Source: Eledone cirrhosa (Eukaryota). Taken from it: a DNA stretch of 64,000 nucleotides. Made by a program: the position numbers and the translations under genes. Positions within the stretch are counted from its first letter, which is position 1. Each line of letters opens with the position of its first letter. This document shows, one piece after another, positions 14,155 through 30,623 of the stretch. The DNA lies in assembly GCA_964016885.1 (NCBI GenBank), contig OZ024753.1, positions 19,468,001 to 19,532,000 of the forward strand, read 5' to 3'. Below the pieces are notes generated by a model. It saw only the letters and a list, made by a program, of their open reading frames with translations. It made no database searches and was not told the origin of the DNA.

Positions 14155-14269
14155 AATATGGTTTTATAAATATAGTTTCCATTTATTTAATATTATATAT
14201 ATTTATATATATATATATGAAAGACGTAAATAAGAAAATTATGAAAATCGACTTACTTACTAAAATTTC

Positions 14270-14350
14270 ACTCCAACTAATTAGTTTCTGTAAGGGAATA
14301 AATAAGGTTACGGAACCTACCCACAGAGAAACCTTACGTCATCAGGGAGT
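14270..14350 (-). ncRNA. Type I HHR
   Basis: actcc-CTGATGA-c gtaagg ... ccttac a-GAAA-ctaattag-TT-ggagt. Confidence 0.75.
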
Positions 14351-14765
14351 CTATTCTCAGCTAAGCTTCCAGGGAATGCGAGGACACTGGGAACTTATAC
14401 AAAAATAACCACAAAGCTACTAAGACAAAACATATATATTTGCTAGCATAGGTATGCATTTGTATACATATGTTGTTAGATATACTAATTCTTTATAATT
14501 ATCTCCAAATTATTTGTTGAGCAAAACTTGCCGAAATTACTACTATGGTTCATGGTAGTGGCTAGGCCCTTGTCTTATTAGCACTCCACTCCTCACTGAT
14601 TAACCTCAGTGTAACGTGATTGATTCTTTTGAATTTGCCACTATCCAAGTAGGCAGTGAATTTTGTCTTGGAATTTAGACCCCGCTCGCTTTTTTCCATC
14701 CACTGAATTATTTTTATATAAGTTCCCAGTGTCCTCGCATTGCCTGGAAGCTTAGCTGAGAATAA

Positions 14766-14846
14766 ACTTCCTGATGACGTAAGGTTTCTCTGTGGATACG
14801 TTCCGTAGCCATATTTATTCCCTCTCAGAAACTAATTAGTTGGAGT
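14766..14846 (+). ncRNA. Type I HHR (more decayed stem II)
   Basis: acttc-CTGATGA-cgtaagg...ccctctca-GAAA-ctaattag-TT-ggagt. Confidence 0.65.
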
Positions 14847-15013
14847 GAAATTTTAGTAAGTAAGTAGATTTTCATAATTTTCTTTTTTACGTCTTTCATA
14901 TAATTGTTCTGCATCCCCTTGCATAGAACCACAAAGTTACTAAGACAAAACATATATATTTGTTAGCATAGGCATGCATCTGTATACATATGTTGGTAGA
15001 TATACTAATTCTT

Positions 15014-15091
<78 letters not shown>

Positions 15092-15155
15092 TATATACAT
15101 AAATATACATATATATATATTTATATATATATATATTTATATGCATATATATATA

Positions 15156-15186
<31 letters not shown>

Positions 15187-15188
15187 GC

Positions 15189-15252
<64 letters not shown>

Positions 15253-15568
15253 ATATATATATAAATATATATATATACATATATATGTGTATACATATAT
15301 ATATACATATATGTGTGTATGTATATATATATATATATATATATGTGTATATATGTATATATATACATATGTGCATGCATATATATGTATATATATATGT
15401 ATATATTTATATATACATATATATGTGTGTATATATATATGTGTGTGTATATATATGTGTATGTATATATATGTGTGTGTATATATATGTGTGTGTATAT
15501 ATGTATGTATATATATATATATGTATATATACATATATATATGTGTGTATATATGTGTGTATATATGT

Positions 15569-17941
15569 GTGCAAATATAGCTAGCAACTACAGGATCGCC
15601 TACTTCCTCTCAATAGTTATACGCCCCATAATCAAGGTGTCCCCAGATGTATGTGACAGTACAGAGGACCTCCTCAGCAGAATCAGTGAGTGCAACAAAA
15701 ACAGGAACCTCTCCAACTGCATAATAGGCAGCATGGATGTGGTATCACGGTACCCTTCCATTAACATTGAATTTGCTGTGGAAAAATGTGTGGAGATGAT
15801 CATTGAGAGTGAGGTGGAGTTCTGCGACATCGACACAGACGAACTGGGCCTCCTACTTAGACTTACCTACGACACTGCCTACCTAGACAGCCATGACCTT
15901 AGACGTTTCTGCCCCAGTAGACCATTAAGAGGTAGACTCCCCCACCATAACATCAATGGCTAAAAAGACTCCAATGGGAAGGTCCATTGGGTGGACCAAA
16001 GCTATACGGACCCCCTAAACAATGATCATGTAAGGAAAATTGTCGAACATCCAATAGGGCCTAGTATCAAAACTACCCTAATGGGCCACATATTCAAGTT
16101 CAACGAGAAGATCTACGCCCAACATGAGGGAGTAGCCATTGGCGTCAGCATAGCTGGTAACGTTGCCAAACTTTTTATGGTATGGTGGGAAAGGAGACTT
16201 AAAGATCTCCTTAATGACAGCTCCATAGACCTCATCATGGACTTTCGTTACGTAGACGATATCAATATAGTTATAAGAACATCCCCACGAGGGAGCACTA
16301 ACAAGTTTGATTTAGAACGTAGCATAATGGAAAGCATCCAGCAGATAGCTAATTCCATACACCAGAGTATAACTGTAACTATCGACTACCCTTCCAAATA
16401 CCCTAACAATAGACTACCTGTATTATACACGGAACTCTGTATAATTCTCAACTCACACTATGCTAAACCCATGGCCTCCAAATACTTGACACTCAAAAAC
16501 TCAGCAAAGTCCAGTAGTGCTAAGTTTAATATTCTGATCGCAGACTTGGTACGAGTGATGAAGAACGTGTCCCGCATGTGCGACCCAACAGAAATGGAAA
16601 GACACATCCAACACTTCATCAACCGCATGCAGTTCTCTGGCTACAACCAAAGAGACAGAATCAGAATATACGAAGGAGCCACGGCGAGGTATATGACCTT
16701 CATAAAACTGGACATGAAAGGAATTTGCCCATTATACAGGAGCAAATCATGTAATAGCTTAGATTGGGCTAGACATAAGATAGGGAGAGCCACCTCATGG
16801 TACCACAACCAGAGATACCACAGAGTGTCATGTTTTTTTACGCTACCCCTGGAGGGAAATTAGCTAACCAGTGTAGAAAGGCCCTGAGAAAGACCCACTT
16901 AAAGATTAAGGTGGTAGAAAAGCCAGGAACCACCATCAAATACCTGATCAGCAAAACCTACCCTTTTAAGAAAACCCACTGTACTAATAGGAAATGTAAC
17001 ATATGTAAGATAAACCCCAGGATAAACTGTAAAACTAGAAACGTAGTCTATAGCATAAGATGTACAGAGGGTACTTGCAGAAACATGACAACAACATACA
17101 TAGGCGTGACAACTCGTAGCATAGGTGAAAGGATAGGCCAACACTGGGGGAACTAAAAGGACGAAAAACGGTTCAGTACTATACGAACATGCAAGACAAC
17201 ACAACGGTAACATAGACAACATAGAAATTAGAATAATATCTAAACATAGAAATGACCCAGCAGATAGGCAAATCAGAGAGGCCAGTGAAGTAGAACTTAG
17301 AACGTCAAGGCTAAATAGAAAAAAATGAATGGAATAACAACAACACCCAAACAAACAACACTGACCTAAGAGAAGTATAAATAAATAAATAAATAAATAG
17401 ATAAATAAATAAATAAATACATACACGAGCACCATAACAACAAACACATATAAACACAAACTAGTAAAGATAGAATATATTAACCAATACACAGTCACCC
17501 AATTACAAACAAACATCAAACAAAACACAATACACACACGCAAACGCATGCGCAAAGAACACAAAATAAAATAAACAAATAAATAAATATATAAACAGAC
17601 AAAATAAATATGACTTAGAGAATACAATAAAACGGGTGGAAACAATAGCACCACTGACGATGTTGCAGATGTGCAACGAAAGAACTATATATATGTGTTT
17701 GTGTCTATATTGTATCTGTATTTTTGACCGTTGGTCAGTCAATGGCAACATTGAGGACCGAATAAATTAGATTACCGATATAAAAGACACAGAAGCGAAA
17801 AGCGAAAACCAACCAAACAGTGAGTGTGTTCTGTTATTAATTCTGGCAATATTACGCAAATATGACCCACCCCAAGTATAATAATAATTGTTTCGGCACA
17901 CGATTTCATATCAAAAACGTGACAAAACTAATTCATCGCCG
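15569..17941 (+). mobile_element. 5'-truncated Nematis-like PLE (decayed ORF ~15569-17369, 3' UTR, HHR motif at ~17650-17690, tail)
   Basis: [60 protein letters not shown]...YIG.T.RSIGER; CTGACGA-t gttgca gatg tgcaac-GAAA. Confidence 0.9.
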
Positions 17942-18118
17942 TTGGCTGTATCTGTAGAGGGTCGGACGCCATGCTTTCCAGCAGATGTACGTCCTTTTAC
18001 AATCTGAGTTCAAATCCTGTCGAGGTTGACTTTGCCTTTCATCCTTACGGCGTCGATGATATAATGTACCTGTAATGCACTCTTGGTAATTGCTGGCCTT
18101 GTGCCTAAAGTAGAAACA
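17942..18118 (+). mobile_element. Octopus-type tRNA-derived SINE
   Basis: B box gagttcaaatcc; body matches the reverse complement of 43178-43352. Confidence 0.85.
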
Positions 18119-18164
18119 GTTATGTATATATATATATGTAAATAGATATATATGTATATATATG

Positions 18165-18195
<31 letters not shown>

Positions 18196-18196
18196 G

Positions 18197-18241
<45 letters not shown>

Positions 18242-18412
18242 GTATCTGTATATATATATGTATATATATATATGTATATATATGTATATATATGTATATG
18301 TATATATATATGTATATATATATGTATATATGTATATATATGTATATATATGTATGTATATATATGTATATATATATATGTATATATATATATATGTATA
18401 TATATGTATATA

Positions 18413-18443
<31 letters not shown>

Positions 18444-18444
18444 A

Positions 18445-19879
<1,435 letters not shown>

Positions 19880-19918
19880 GTATATATATGTATATATATG
19901 TATATGTATATATATATG

Positions 19919-19951
<33 letters not shown>

Positions 19952-20030
19952 GTATATGTATATATATATGTATATATATATATATATATATGGATATATA
20001 TATATGGATATATATATATATATATATGTA

Positions 20031-20948
20031 TATTGTTATACTTGGGGAGGGTCATATTTGTGTAAGATTGCCAGAATTAATAACAGAACACACTCACTGT
20101 TTGGTTGGTTTTCGCTTCTCGCTGTCTTTTATATCGGTAATCTAACTTACTCGGTCCTCAATGTTGCCATTGACTGACCGACGGGGGAACTAGAAGGACG
20201 AAAAAACGGGTCAGTACTATACGAACATGCTAGACAACAACATGACGGTAACATAGACAACATAGAAATTAGAATAATATCTAAACATAGGAATGACCCA
20301 GCAGATAGGCAAATCAGAGAGGCCAGTGAAATATAAATTAGAAGGCCAAAGCTAAACAGAAAGAATGAATGGAATAACAACAACACCCAAACAAACAACA
20401 CTGACCTAAGAGAAGTATAAATAAGTAAATAAAATAAGATAAATAAATACATACACAAGCACAATAACAACAAGCACATAAACACACACTAGTCACCCAT
20501 CACACAGCAAACATAACACTATACACACACGCAAACGCATGCGCAAAGAAGACAAAATAAAATAAACAAACAAGGAAATAAATAAATACATAGACAGACT
20601 GAATAAAAAATGGCGTAGACATACAACACAACAGGAGGAAAATATAACACCACTGACGATGTTGCAGATGTGCAACGAAAGATTTATGATAACCTATATA
20701 TATGTGTTTGTGTCTATATTGTATCTGTATTAGTTTTGACCGTCGGCAGTCAATGGCAACATTGAGGACCGAGTAAGTTAGATTACCGATATAAAAGACA
20801 GCGAGAAGCGAAAACCAACCAAACAGTGAGTGTGTTCTGTTATTAATTCTGGCAATATTACACAAATATGACCCTCCGCAAGTATAACAATATTTGTTTC
20901 GACACACGATTTCATATAAAAAACCTCGCAAAACTAATTCATCGCCGC
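20031..20948 (+). mobile_element. Short Nematis-like PLE (same subfamily as 15569-17941) with a ~150-bp inverted arm
   Basis: 20031-20183 is inverted relative to ~20740-20892; 20184-20948 aligns to ~17147-17941; HHR core at ~20654-20680. Confidence 0.88.
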
Positions 20949-21053
20949 TGTATATGTATATATATATATGTATATATATATATATGTATACATATGTATA
21001 TGTATATATATATATATGTATATATATATGTATACATATATATATATATATCT

Positions 21054-22567
21054 ATATTTATTAAAATAACAGATTAAAGTTTAAGCAAAGAATCGCTGCT
21101 TTCACCCTTAACGGGATCTTCTGAAACTAACAAAGTCAATCTGTAAACGCAGAACTGGATATTTCAAAAAAAGACCTTTCTTTCCCTTATTACGAAGCAT
21201 TTTCCCCCTACACATAAATATGCTAAAACTTTTAATAGAAATATCTGGAGTCTAAAAGACAACCACACCCAATATAAGTTACACTGGAAGATCCTAGCTA
21301 GGGCTAGATCGTATAACGGAAATAAAAGACCATGTGACCTCTGCGCCGCTGAGACCCTGGAAATACTCTACGTCACAGACCACATCTTAAACAAAAAATC
21401 TGAGGCAATTTCGGCTTGTAAACATAAATTGCACAAATCTTTCCTGTATTACAGCCCCACGTTATACCCTAACGGATAGCACGATCTATACGTGTATATT
21501 TTACGTCTTGATGTGGGAGCTAAGTATATGTTTTGTTTATTCCTTTACTTATTTGCATAGGTAAGTATATATTACCCATATGTTTTGTGAAGGTATGTAT
21601 ACCTTCTCGTACGTATATTTGACTGTTATGGCGTATCATTTTTACATATTCTGGTATTTAGGGTTTGGCTATGTGTATACGGGAGTTTTGCGTCCGAGTG
21701 AGTATGCAGGTTCGTACGTATGGTGGGTGTGTGTATATGTGTACTTCTTGTTTTAGTTGACTTACGTCTCCGAACATTCGTGTATTTATATGTAGGTATG
21801 TGTGTGCGCTTGTTATATACGTATTTATTTACTTATATACGTTTATATACTTATTTATTTATTTGTACACAAGCATACACACACACATATTTATATGTGC
21901 GTGGTTTTGTATACCTATGGTAAGGTTTTGCGTATGCTTGTGTATGTACGTATCTGTTTGCGTGTATGAATTTATTTGTTTCTATTACTTCTGTATCGTA
22001 TTTATTTACTTTGTTCTTAACTCTGTAGCGGAGATTCATTTGGTCTCCGAGTTAGAATTTTAGTCTACGACTTCTGCTATACCATTTACGTGGTTTTGTC
22101 TTTGCGTGCTTTTGTTCTACACGCTCCACATATAACTTATTATCTTCGTTTTTTCGTTCATTGCCAGAGAACGTCTATATGCACCACCTAAGAGAACATT
22201 AGTCTACGACCTCTTGTATTCCATAAACGTGGTTTTGTCCTTGCGCGTAATTGTTTTTCACCGCTCCTATTAATGACGTATTATTCGTTATTTCCCGTTC
22301 TTTGCCAGCGAACGTTACCACGAACCAAAGTATCGTCTTCTTTTCTTCCTCCGGTTGCAACGTTTTCTGAAATATCCAGTTCTGCGTTTACAGATTGACT
22401 TTGTTAGTTTCAGAAGATCCCGTTAAGGGTGAAAGCAGCGATTCTTTGCTTAAACTTTAATCTGTTATTTTAATAAATATTTGCTCTACGGTTCTTATAT
22501 ATTTGTTATATATTTTCCTTATCGAGCCCTCTTGGGATTTTAGTCTTCAATTTTATTATTATTACTA
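21054..22567 (+). mobile_element. Hydra-like PLE with ~110-bp inverted arms, an internally deleted ORF end, 3' UTR and tail
   Basis: 21054-21165 is inverted relative to 22369-22480; 21171-21479 reads KHFPPTHKYAKTFNRNIWSLKD...CDLC...LNKKSE...CKHK; ~139-bp degenerate duplication at 22060 and 22199. Confidence 0.85.
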
Positions 22568-22588
22568 TATATATGTATATATATATGC

Positions 22589-22632
<44 letters not shown>

Positions 22633-23076
22633 ATATATATATAGATAATACAAGAGAATAGTCTAATAATTAAAATTAAAGAGATAGTATATGCGTTAGT
22701 CATATATAAAGGAATGGAACAAACAAATGTATTATGCATATGCGAGTACTGTATGGCAAGGTATTACATAAAATACATGAACTTGAAGCGAATATGTTAG
22801 TTTATTATGGTGGATGCAATGCGATGATACTATCACTTTAATTTTAATTATTAGACTATTTTCTTTCGCATATATTCCATCCTATGCTTTTAATTTTAAT
22901 TTGAATGTTTAATTTGAATTTTAATCTTAATTTGAATCATTGTACAATTCTCGTATAATATATGACGCATCCATTCCACCATGTAAACATGAAACTGTTG
23001 TCCACAACATCAATATATATGTATTTGTATGATACTCCAGTTGAATAGGAGGTTAATTATGTGTGCAAACATTGAT

Positions 23077-23128
23077 AATCCTCCGATGACCGCAAGCTTA
23101 AGTTTGGAAGAAATAATTGTCAGCGATT
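23077..23128 (+). ncRNA. Degenerate type I HHR in an orphan PLE-like 3' end
   Basis: aatcct-CCGATGA-...-GAAA-taattg-TC-agcgatt. Confidence 0.45.
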
Positions 23129-23341
23129 AAATGTTTTAAACATAACTTTGATACTTGTGTAATCTAGATTACTGCTCTGTAAAACAACTGATGTTCTTAC
23201 ATTGAGCTATTTCTCTTACTGGTAATAAGGTAGTAATAAATTACTGACCTTCCCTGTTTATAGTTGTTTATAGTATAGTATATACATAGCTATAAATAGT
23301 ATCTTTAATGTTAACTATATTAGGTATATATACATATATAT

Positions 23342-23490
<149 letters not shown>

Positions 23491-24189
23491 TGTATATAGT
23501 AGAATAATCGATTATCGAAAAATCGGCGCAGGAGTTCACGATAAACAAAATTCGACATCAGTGGCAGAGGGCTCAATAATTCAGATAAATCAGAGCTATA
23601 ACTATCGTTAAAATACCAACACACAAAGATTATGTCTAAAATCACCCATACGACCGAAAAAATTACGATCAGGAAGATTCGGGTCACTCAGATAAAATAT
23701 CAATAAATCAATAAATCATATGAATGTAAAAAGCTTACCCGGACCCACTAGAAAGATGGTAAATCTAGCTTCTTGGGTTTCTGTAATTCCTTAAACCGCC
23801 CCCTATCAGCCCACATAAAAATATATAAGACTTCTAGAGAGCGGCGGACGGGAATGCTTTATCAACGGGCTTTGTCCAAACGAATAAAAAAGCCAACCCT
23901 AGTTGAGACGCACATGGTATCAAGCAAGGGAGATAACCTCTATATCCGCGAAAGATATTCGGGAATGTGGGAAATCACATATCGAATAAGAGTGTTCAAT
24001 AGACATGTTAAAATAAACAGGAGCTATTCATCATTTAATAGAATCGACAAAAACTGAACAATAAATGTATATATGTATCTATATATATATATGTGTGTAT
24101 ATATATAAGTATATATATATGTGCTTGTATATATATATGTATATATATGTATATGTATATATGTGTGTGTGTATATATATATGTATATT

Positions 24190-24244
<55 letters not shown>

Positions 24245-24307
24245 TTGTATATATATATATATGTGTATATATATATATGTATATATATATATATGTATAT
24301 ATATATG

Positions 24308-24374
<67 letters not shown>

Positions 24375-24387
24375 GTATATATATCTG

Positions 24388-24419
<32 letters not shown>

Positions 24420-24452
24420 TAATGTGTGTATATATATATATATATATATAAA

Positions 24453-24491
<39 letters not shown>

Positions 24492-26879
24492 TAAAAAAAT
24501 AATGAATAAAACAATGAAACAGTTCCTTATATTAAACAAAAAAAGTTCATTATTTAACGATCGTTTCTGGGATATATATGTGTTAGAATTGGCATGTATA
24601 TTTAACAGATCTATGTACAAAATTATACAAAATTATACAAACTATCAAAATTAAATATACATACCAACTCATATATATGCCGTCTTCAGAAATAATGAAA
24701 TATATTTATTGATAATAACAACAATTCAAAATTACAGGTCTGTTTGGGAACAGAGTTCAAATTGACCAATGGAAACACAAAAAGTTTATACAGTTAGGTG
24801 TGTGTATATATGTAAGTAACTTTGTTACTTCCACTCGGACAAAACTGGTAACTTGTATCACATGGATATTGAAGATTATAATGAGTTCATATATAAAGAA
24901 CTCAGGAAAAATTATAAAAAATCTAATAATGCGTCACTCACCAACATCAACAACAAAACACACAAGATAGTAAAAAAACTAAACATTGAAGATAGAACTG
25001 AACCTTTGGCATTGAAAAGACCACACTTCAACCTGAAGGATCATAAATCAAACTTTAACTCAAAACCTTCTATAAGACTTATATGTCCCTCCAAATCTGA
25101 TATTGGAATAATTAGCAAAAAAATTTTGGATAGAGTCATCCCACAAATAAGAAAACACGTCAATTTACCACTCTGGGAAAACACTTCCCAGGTAATTAAC
25201 TGGTTTAATAATATTAGATATAAATCTTCTGCTTCATTTCTACAATTTGATATAGATAATTACTATTCTTCTATATCACCTATACTCCTAAACAAAGCAT
25301 TGATATTTGCTAAAAATAGATCTAACTTAACTTTGGATGACATTAATATTATTACACATGCTAGACTAACACTTATTGAATTTCAGAATGAATACCGGAC
25401 CAGAAACACATATAATAATCTATTTGAATTTACTATGGGTTCAAGCGATTCCGCCCAAATTACTGATCTTGTGGGCCTCTTTCTCCTTTTCAACATAAAT
25501 GCCTCCTTTCCCCACCTTAAAGGTGGTTTATATCGTGATGACTGTCTTCTTCTTTCCAACAACCTTAGCCTTTCAGAAATAGAAAACAACAAAAAGCATA
25601 TTAGAACTTTCCTTAAAGACTATTATAGTCTTCATATTACTTTTGAAAAAACAAGTAAAGTAGTAAATTTCCTAGATATAACTTTAGACTTAGCTACGGG
25701 TATCTACCAACCTTACCATAAACCCAACCAAAACTTACACTACATACACTCACAATCTAATCACCCTAAATCTATCCTTAAAAACCTTGCATATAATATA
25801 TCACTTAGAATTTCTAACCTTTCTTCTAACCAAGATGTATTTGATAAAAATGCGACCTTCTATAATGAAGCTCTAGATAGAAGTGGCCACAAAAATAGAT
25901 TAGAATATATACCTTCTACTAAAAATAAAAATACTATAAACATACAACCTAATATTACCAACAAACACCAAATGAAAAGTACACACCTAAATGCCACCCA
26001 CACTATACCCAAAAATACCAACAACTCTTCTAACATAAAGTATAGTAACTCTCAGAAAACTACTCATCATACAACTCTAATAAATGTTAATAATAAAACT
26101 CCTAATAAACAAGATAAAACACCTAAATCTATAAATCTAACTAAAAATGTGCGTGGTGAGATCATTAACATTAATCCTCCTAGTAAACATCACGATACAA
26201 CCTATAAAAATAATAAACAACATAGAAACCGTAATAGACGAGTTACTTGGTATAATGCTCCATTTAATTTACAAATTAAGGATAATATTGCTAAAAAAAT
26301 TCTTTATATCCTAGAGAAAAACTTCCCGCCAAACCACAAATACCATCAAATCTTAAATAGGTCTACAGTTAAATTCTCATACTCAACAACCAATAACATA
26401 AAACAAAATATAAGTGCCTATAATGCATATAAATGTAAGAATACCATAAGTATACCACCAATACATCAAACTAACCTTAATATCTCCTCAAATACAGAAT
26501 TAACGAAAGGTTGTAACTGTAGAAACAAAGCAAACTGCCCATTAAAAGGAAATTGTCTTGTTAACAACATAGTTTATAAATGTAATGTTAAAACTAAAGA
26601 TTCTATTTGCTCATATATAGGAGCTACTTCTAACAATTTTAAGGTAAGGTTTAATACCCACAAACATAGTTTTAAAAATGCCGCACTGGCTAATACAACA
26701 TCTCTAGCAGAAAAAATCAATAGTTATAAAAATAAGAATATAGAATATGATATGACCTGGAGTGTGCTCAAAAGAGCCACCCCTTATCAAAATAATAGAA
26801 ATGAATGTAGATTATGTTCCCAAGAACTATTTGAAATAATGAAATCTAAGGATATCCTATTAAATAAACGACAGGAATT

Positions 26880-27990
<1,111 letters not shown>

Positions 27991-28354
27991 CTATGTAAAC
28001 ACATATTATGATCTAAATGCAGATTAATATTCTATGTTTCTTGAAACCTATATTTACTATAATCCCCTTCCAACCCCCCTCACCCCCTATTATTATTTGT
28101 ATTTATAAGCGTGGATGTATGTATGTATATGTAGGTAGGTATGTATGTTTGGGTGTTTGTATGTGAGTATAAAAATACATATGTGCGCATGTAAATAAGG
28201 GTGTATGATTGTATGTATATATATATATATATATATATATGTATCTATGTATTTATGTGGGTATATGTGTGTATGTATATGTATGCGCATGTATACGTCT
28301 ATGTGTATATGTGTGTATGTGTATATATGTACGTATATGTGCATGTATATGTGA

Positions 28355-28454
<100 letters not shown>

Positions 28455-28499
28455 AGTTGATGTGTGTATGTGTATATATGTATATGTATGTATATGTAC

Positions 28500-28553
<54 letters not shown>

Positions 28554-28612
28554 ATATATGTATATATATATATATGTATGTGTGTGCATATTTGTCTGAC
28601 TGGGTGTATTAA

Positions 28613-28643
<31 letters not shown>

Positions 28644-28677
28644 TATTTCTTTATTTTTATATATATGTATATATATG

Positions 28678-28708
<31 letters not shown>

Positions 28709-28979
28709 GTGTGTGTGTATGTATATGTATGTATGTATGTATGTGTATGTATATGAGTGTGTGTGTGTATGTGTGTATATATTTATATGTGTATATATAT
28801 CTCTATTTATATATGTGTATATGTGTGTGTATGTGTACATGTGTGTGTGTATGTGTGTATATATATATATATATATATGTATATGTATATATATATGTAT
28901 ATATATATATGTGTATATATATATGTGTGGGTATGTATGTGTATATGTGTATATACATGAGTGTATTTATGTATGTGTG

Positions 28980-29019
<40 letters not shown>

Positions 29020-29038
29020 TGTGAATGTATGTATATAT

Positions 29039-29090
<52 letters not shown>

Positions 29091-29234
29091 ATATGTCTAT
29101 GTATTTATATGTGTGTATATATATGTGTCTCTATATGTAAGCGCGTTTGTGTATGTGTATGTGTATATATATGGTGTGTGTATGTATATGTATGTGCATG
29201 TATGTGTTTATGTATATGTGTATGTATATGTATG

Positions 29235-29309
<75 letters not shown>

Positions 29310-29962
29310 CGATGTATATTTTATATTTTACTTGTTTTTATATATATATATATATATATATACATATATTTTCTTAATATTTTTCTTTTATCTTTTTCTT
29401 TTTATTTCTAAATTTATAGATACATTTATAAATAGGCAGTTTGCTGACACCAGTAAATACTGACCTCTCCGCCCCCACCTACTTTCTGTATCTGGATCTA
29501 AATATGTGTGGCAGTGTTTATGTGCGCGCATTAATGTCCATATGCTTATGATAATAGTATATACACATATATGTGTGTGGGAGTGTGTGTGTGTATGTAT
29601 GTTCGTGGTTGTGTGTATGTTTATGCGTATATGCGCGTGTGTGTGTGAATGTATGTATATGTGTGAGTATATGAATGTGTATATATTTATTTTTATATTT
29701 ATATGTTTATATGCGTATATGTATTTTATCTGTAGATTATAAACATACAGAGACATTAGCCCTGAATTTTTGTATTTACGTACATCTTTTCGGCATGCGT
29801 ATGCATGTGAACATATATTTTTATGCATATCTGTGAACGAAGTTACTTACATATATACACACACCTAACTGTATAAACTTTTTGTGTTTCCATTGGTCAA
29901 TTTGAACTCTGTTCCCAAACAGACCTGTAATTTTGAATTGTTGTTATTATCAATAAATATAT

Positions 29963-30116
29963 TTCATTATTTCTGAAGACGGCATATATATGAGTTGGTA
30001 TGTATATTTAATTTTGATAGTTTGTATAATTTTGTATAATTTTGTACATAGATCTGTTAAATATACATGCCAATTCTAACACATATATATCCCAGAAACG
30101 ATCGTTAAATAATGAA
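29963..30116 (+). ncRNA. Type I HHR with a 115-nt stem II (inverted copy at ~24546-24699)
   Basis: ttcattattt-CTGAAGA-[115-nt hairpin]-GAAA-cgatcg-TT-aaataatgaa; perfect 10-bp stem I. Confidence 0.78.
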
Positions 30117-30370
30117 CTTTTTTTGTTTAATATAAGGAACTGTTTCAATGTTTTATTCATTATTTTTTTAATATTTTATCTTGACTCTGTATTCCGTTTA
30201 TCTTTCACCGGAAGTGATTTTTCATTGCATCTCTTCTTTCCATGATATCCGCATTACATTGAGTTCTTCATACGGATTGGACACTACCGTAAACTCTTGG
30301 TAGATTTATCTACATATATATATATATATATATAAATGTGTATATATATATATATATTAATGTGTATATA

Positions 30371-30425
<55 letters not shown>

Positions 30426-30457
30426 ATATATATATACATATGTGTGTATATATATAC

Positions 30458-30526
<69 letters not shown>

Positions 30527-30623
30527 GAGATTTTGAGTATATGTTGGTTGTATAACAACACCTCATTATGCAGGCTGGAGCACTCGACGAAGTGCGCAGG
30601 TTGGTTTGGTTACTCCGGAGTAA

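Larger units (their letters stand above)
9826..14194 (+). mobile_element. Hydra-like PLE insertion with ~910-bp inverted terminal arms and an ~90-bp tail on the left
   Basis: 9915-10825 is a near-identical reverse complement of 13284-14194; (TA)n on both sides. Confidence 0.92.
14218..15015 (+). mobile_element. Non-coding HHR element (retrozyme-like): inverted arm plus ~1.17 copies of a 520-bp unit
   Basis: 14218-14408 is inverted relative to ~14705-14900; 14407-14497 is directly repeated at 14927-15015 (offset 520); no recognisable coding capacity. Confidence 0.8.

Noticed and set aside
9915-14194. Long inverted repeats as DNA-transposon TIRs
   Set aside because: They enclose an RT-GIY-YIG ORF, copy its 3' UTR and have a one-sided tail, which is typical of PLE inversion
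23830-23870. Second TTGATAA core candidate on the minus strand
   Set aside because: No convincing GAAA, stem III or stem I could be paired
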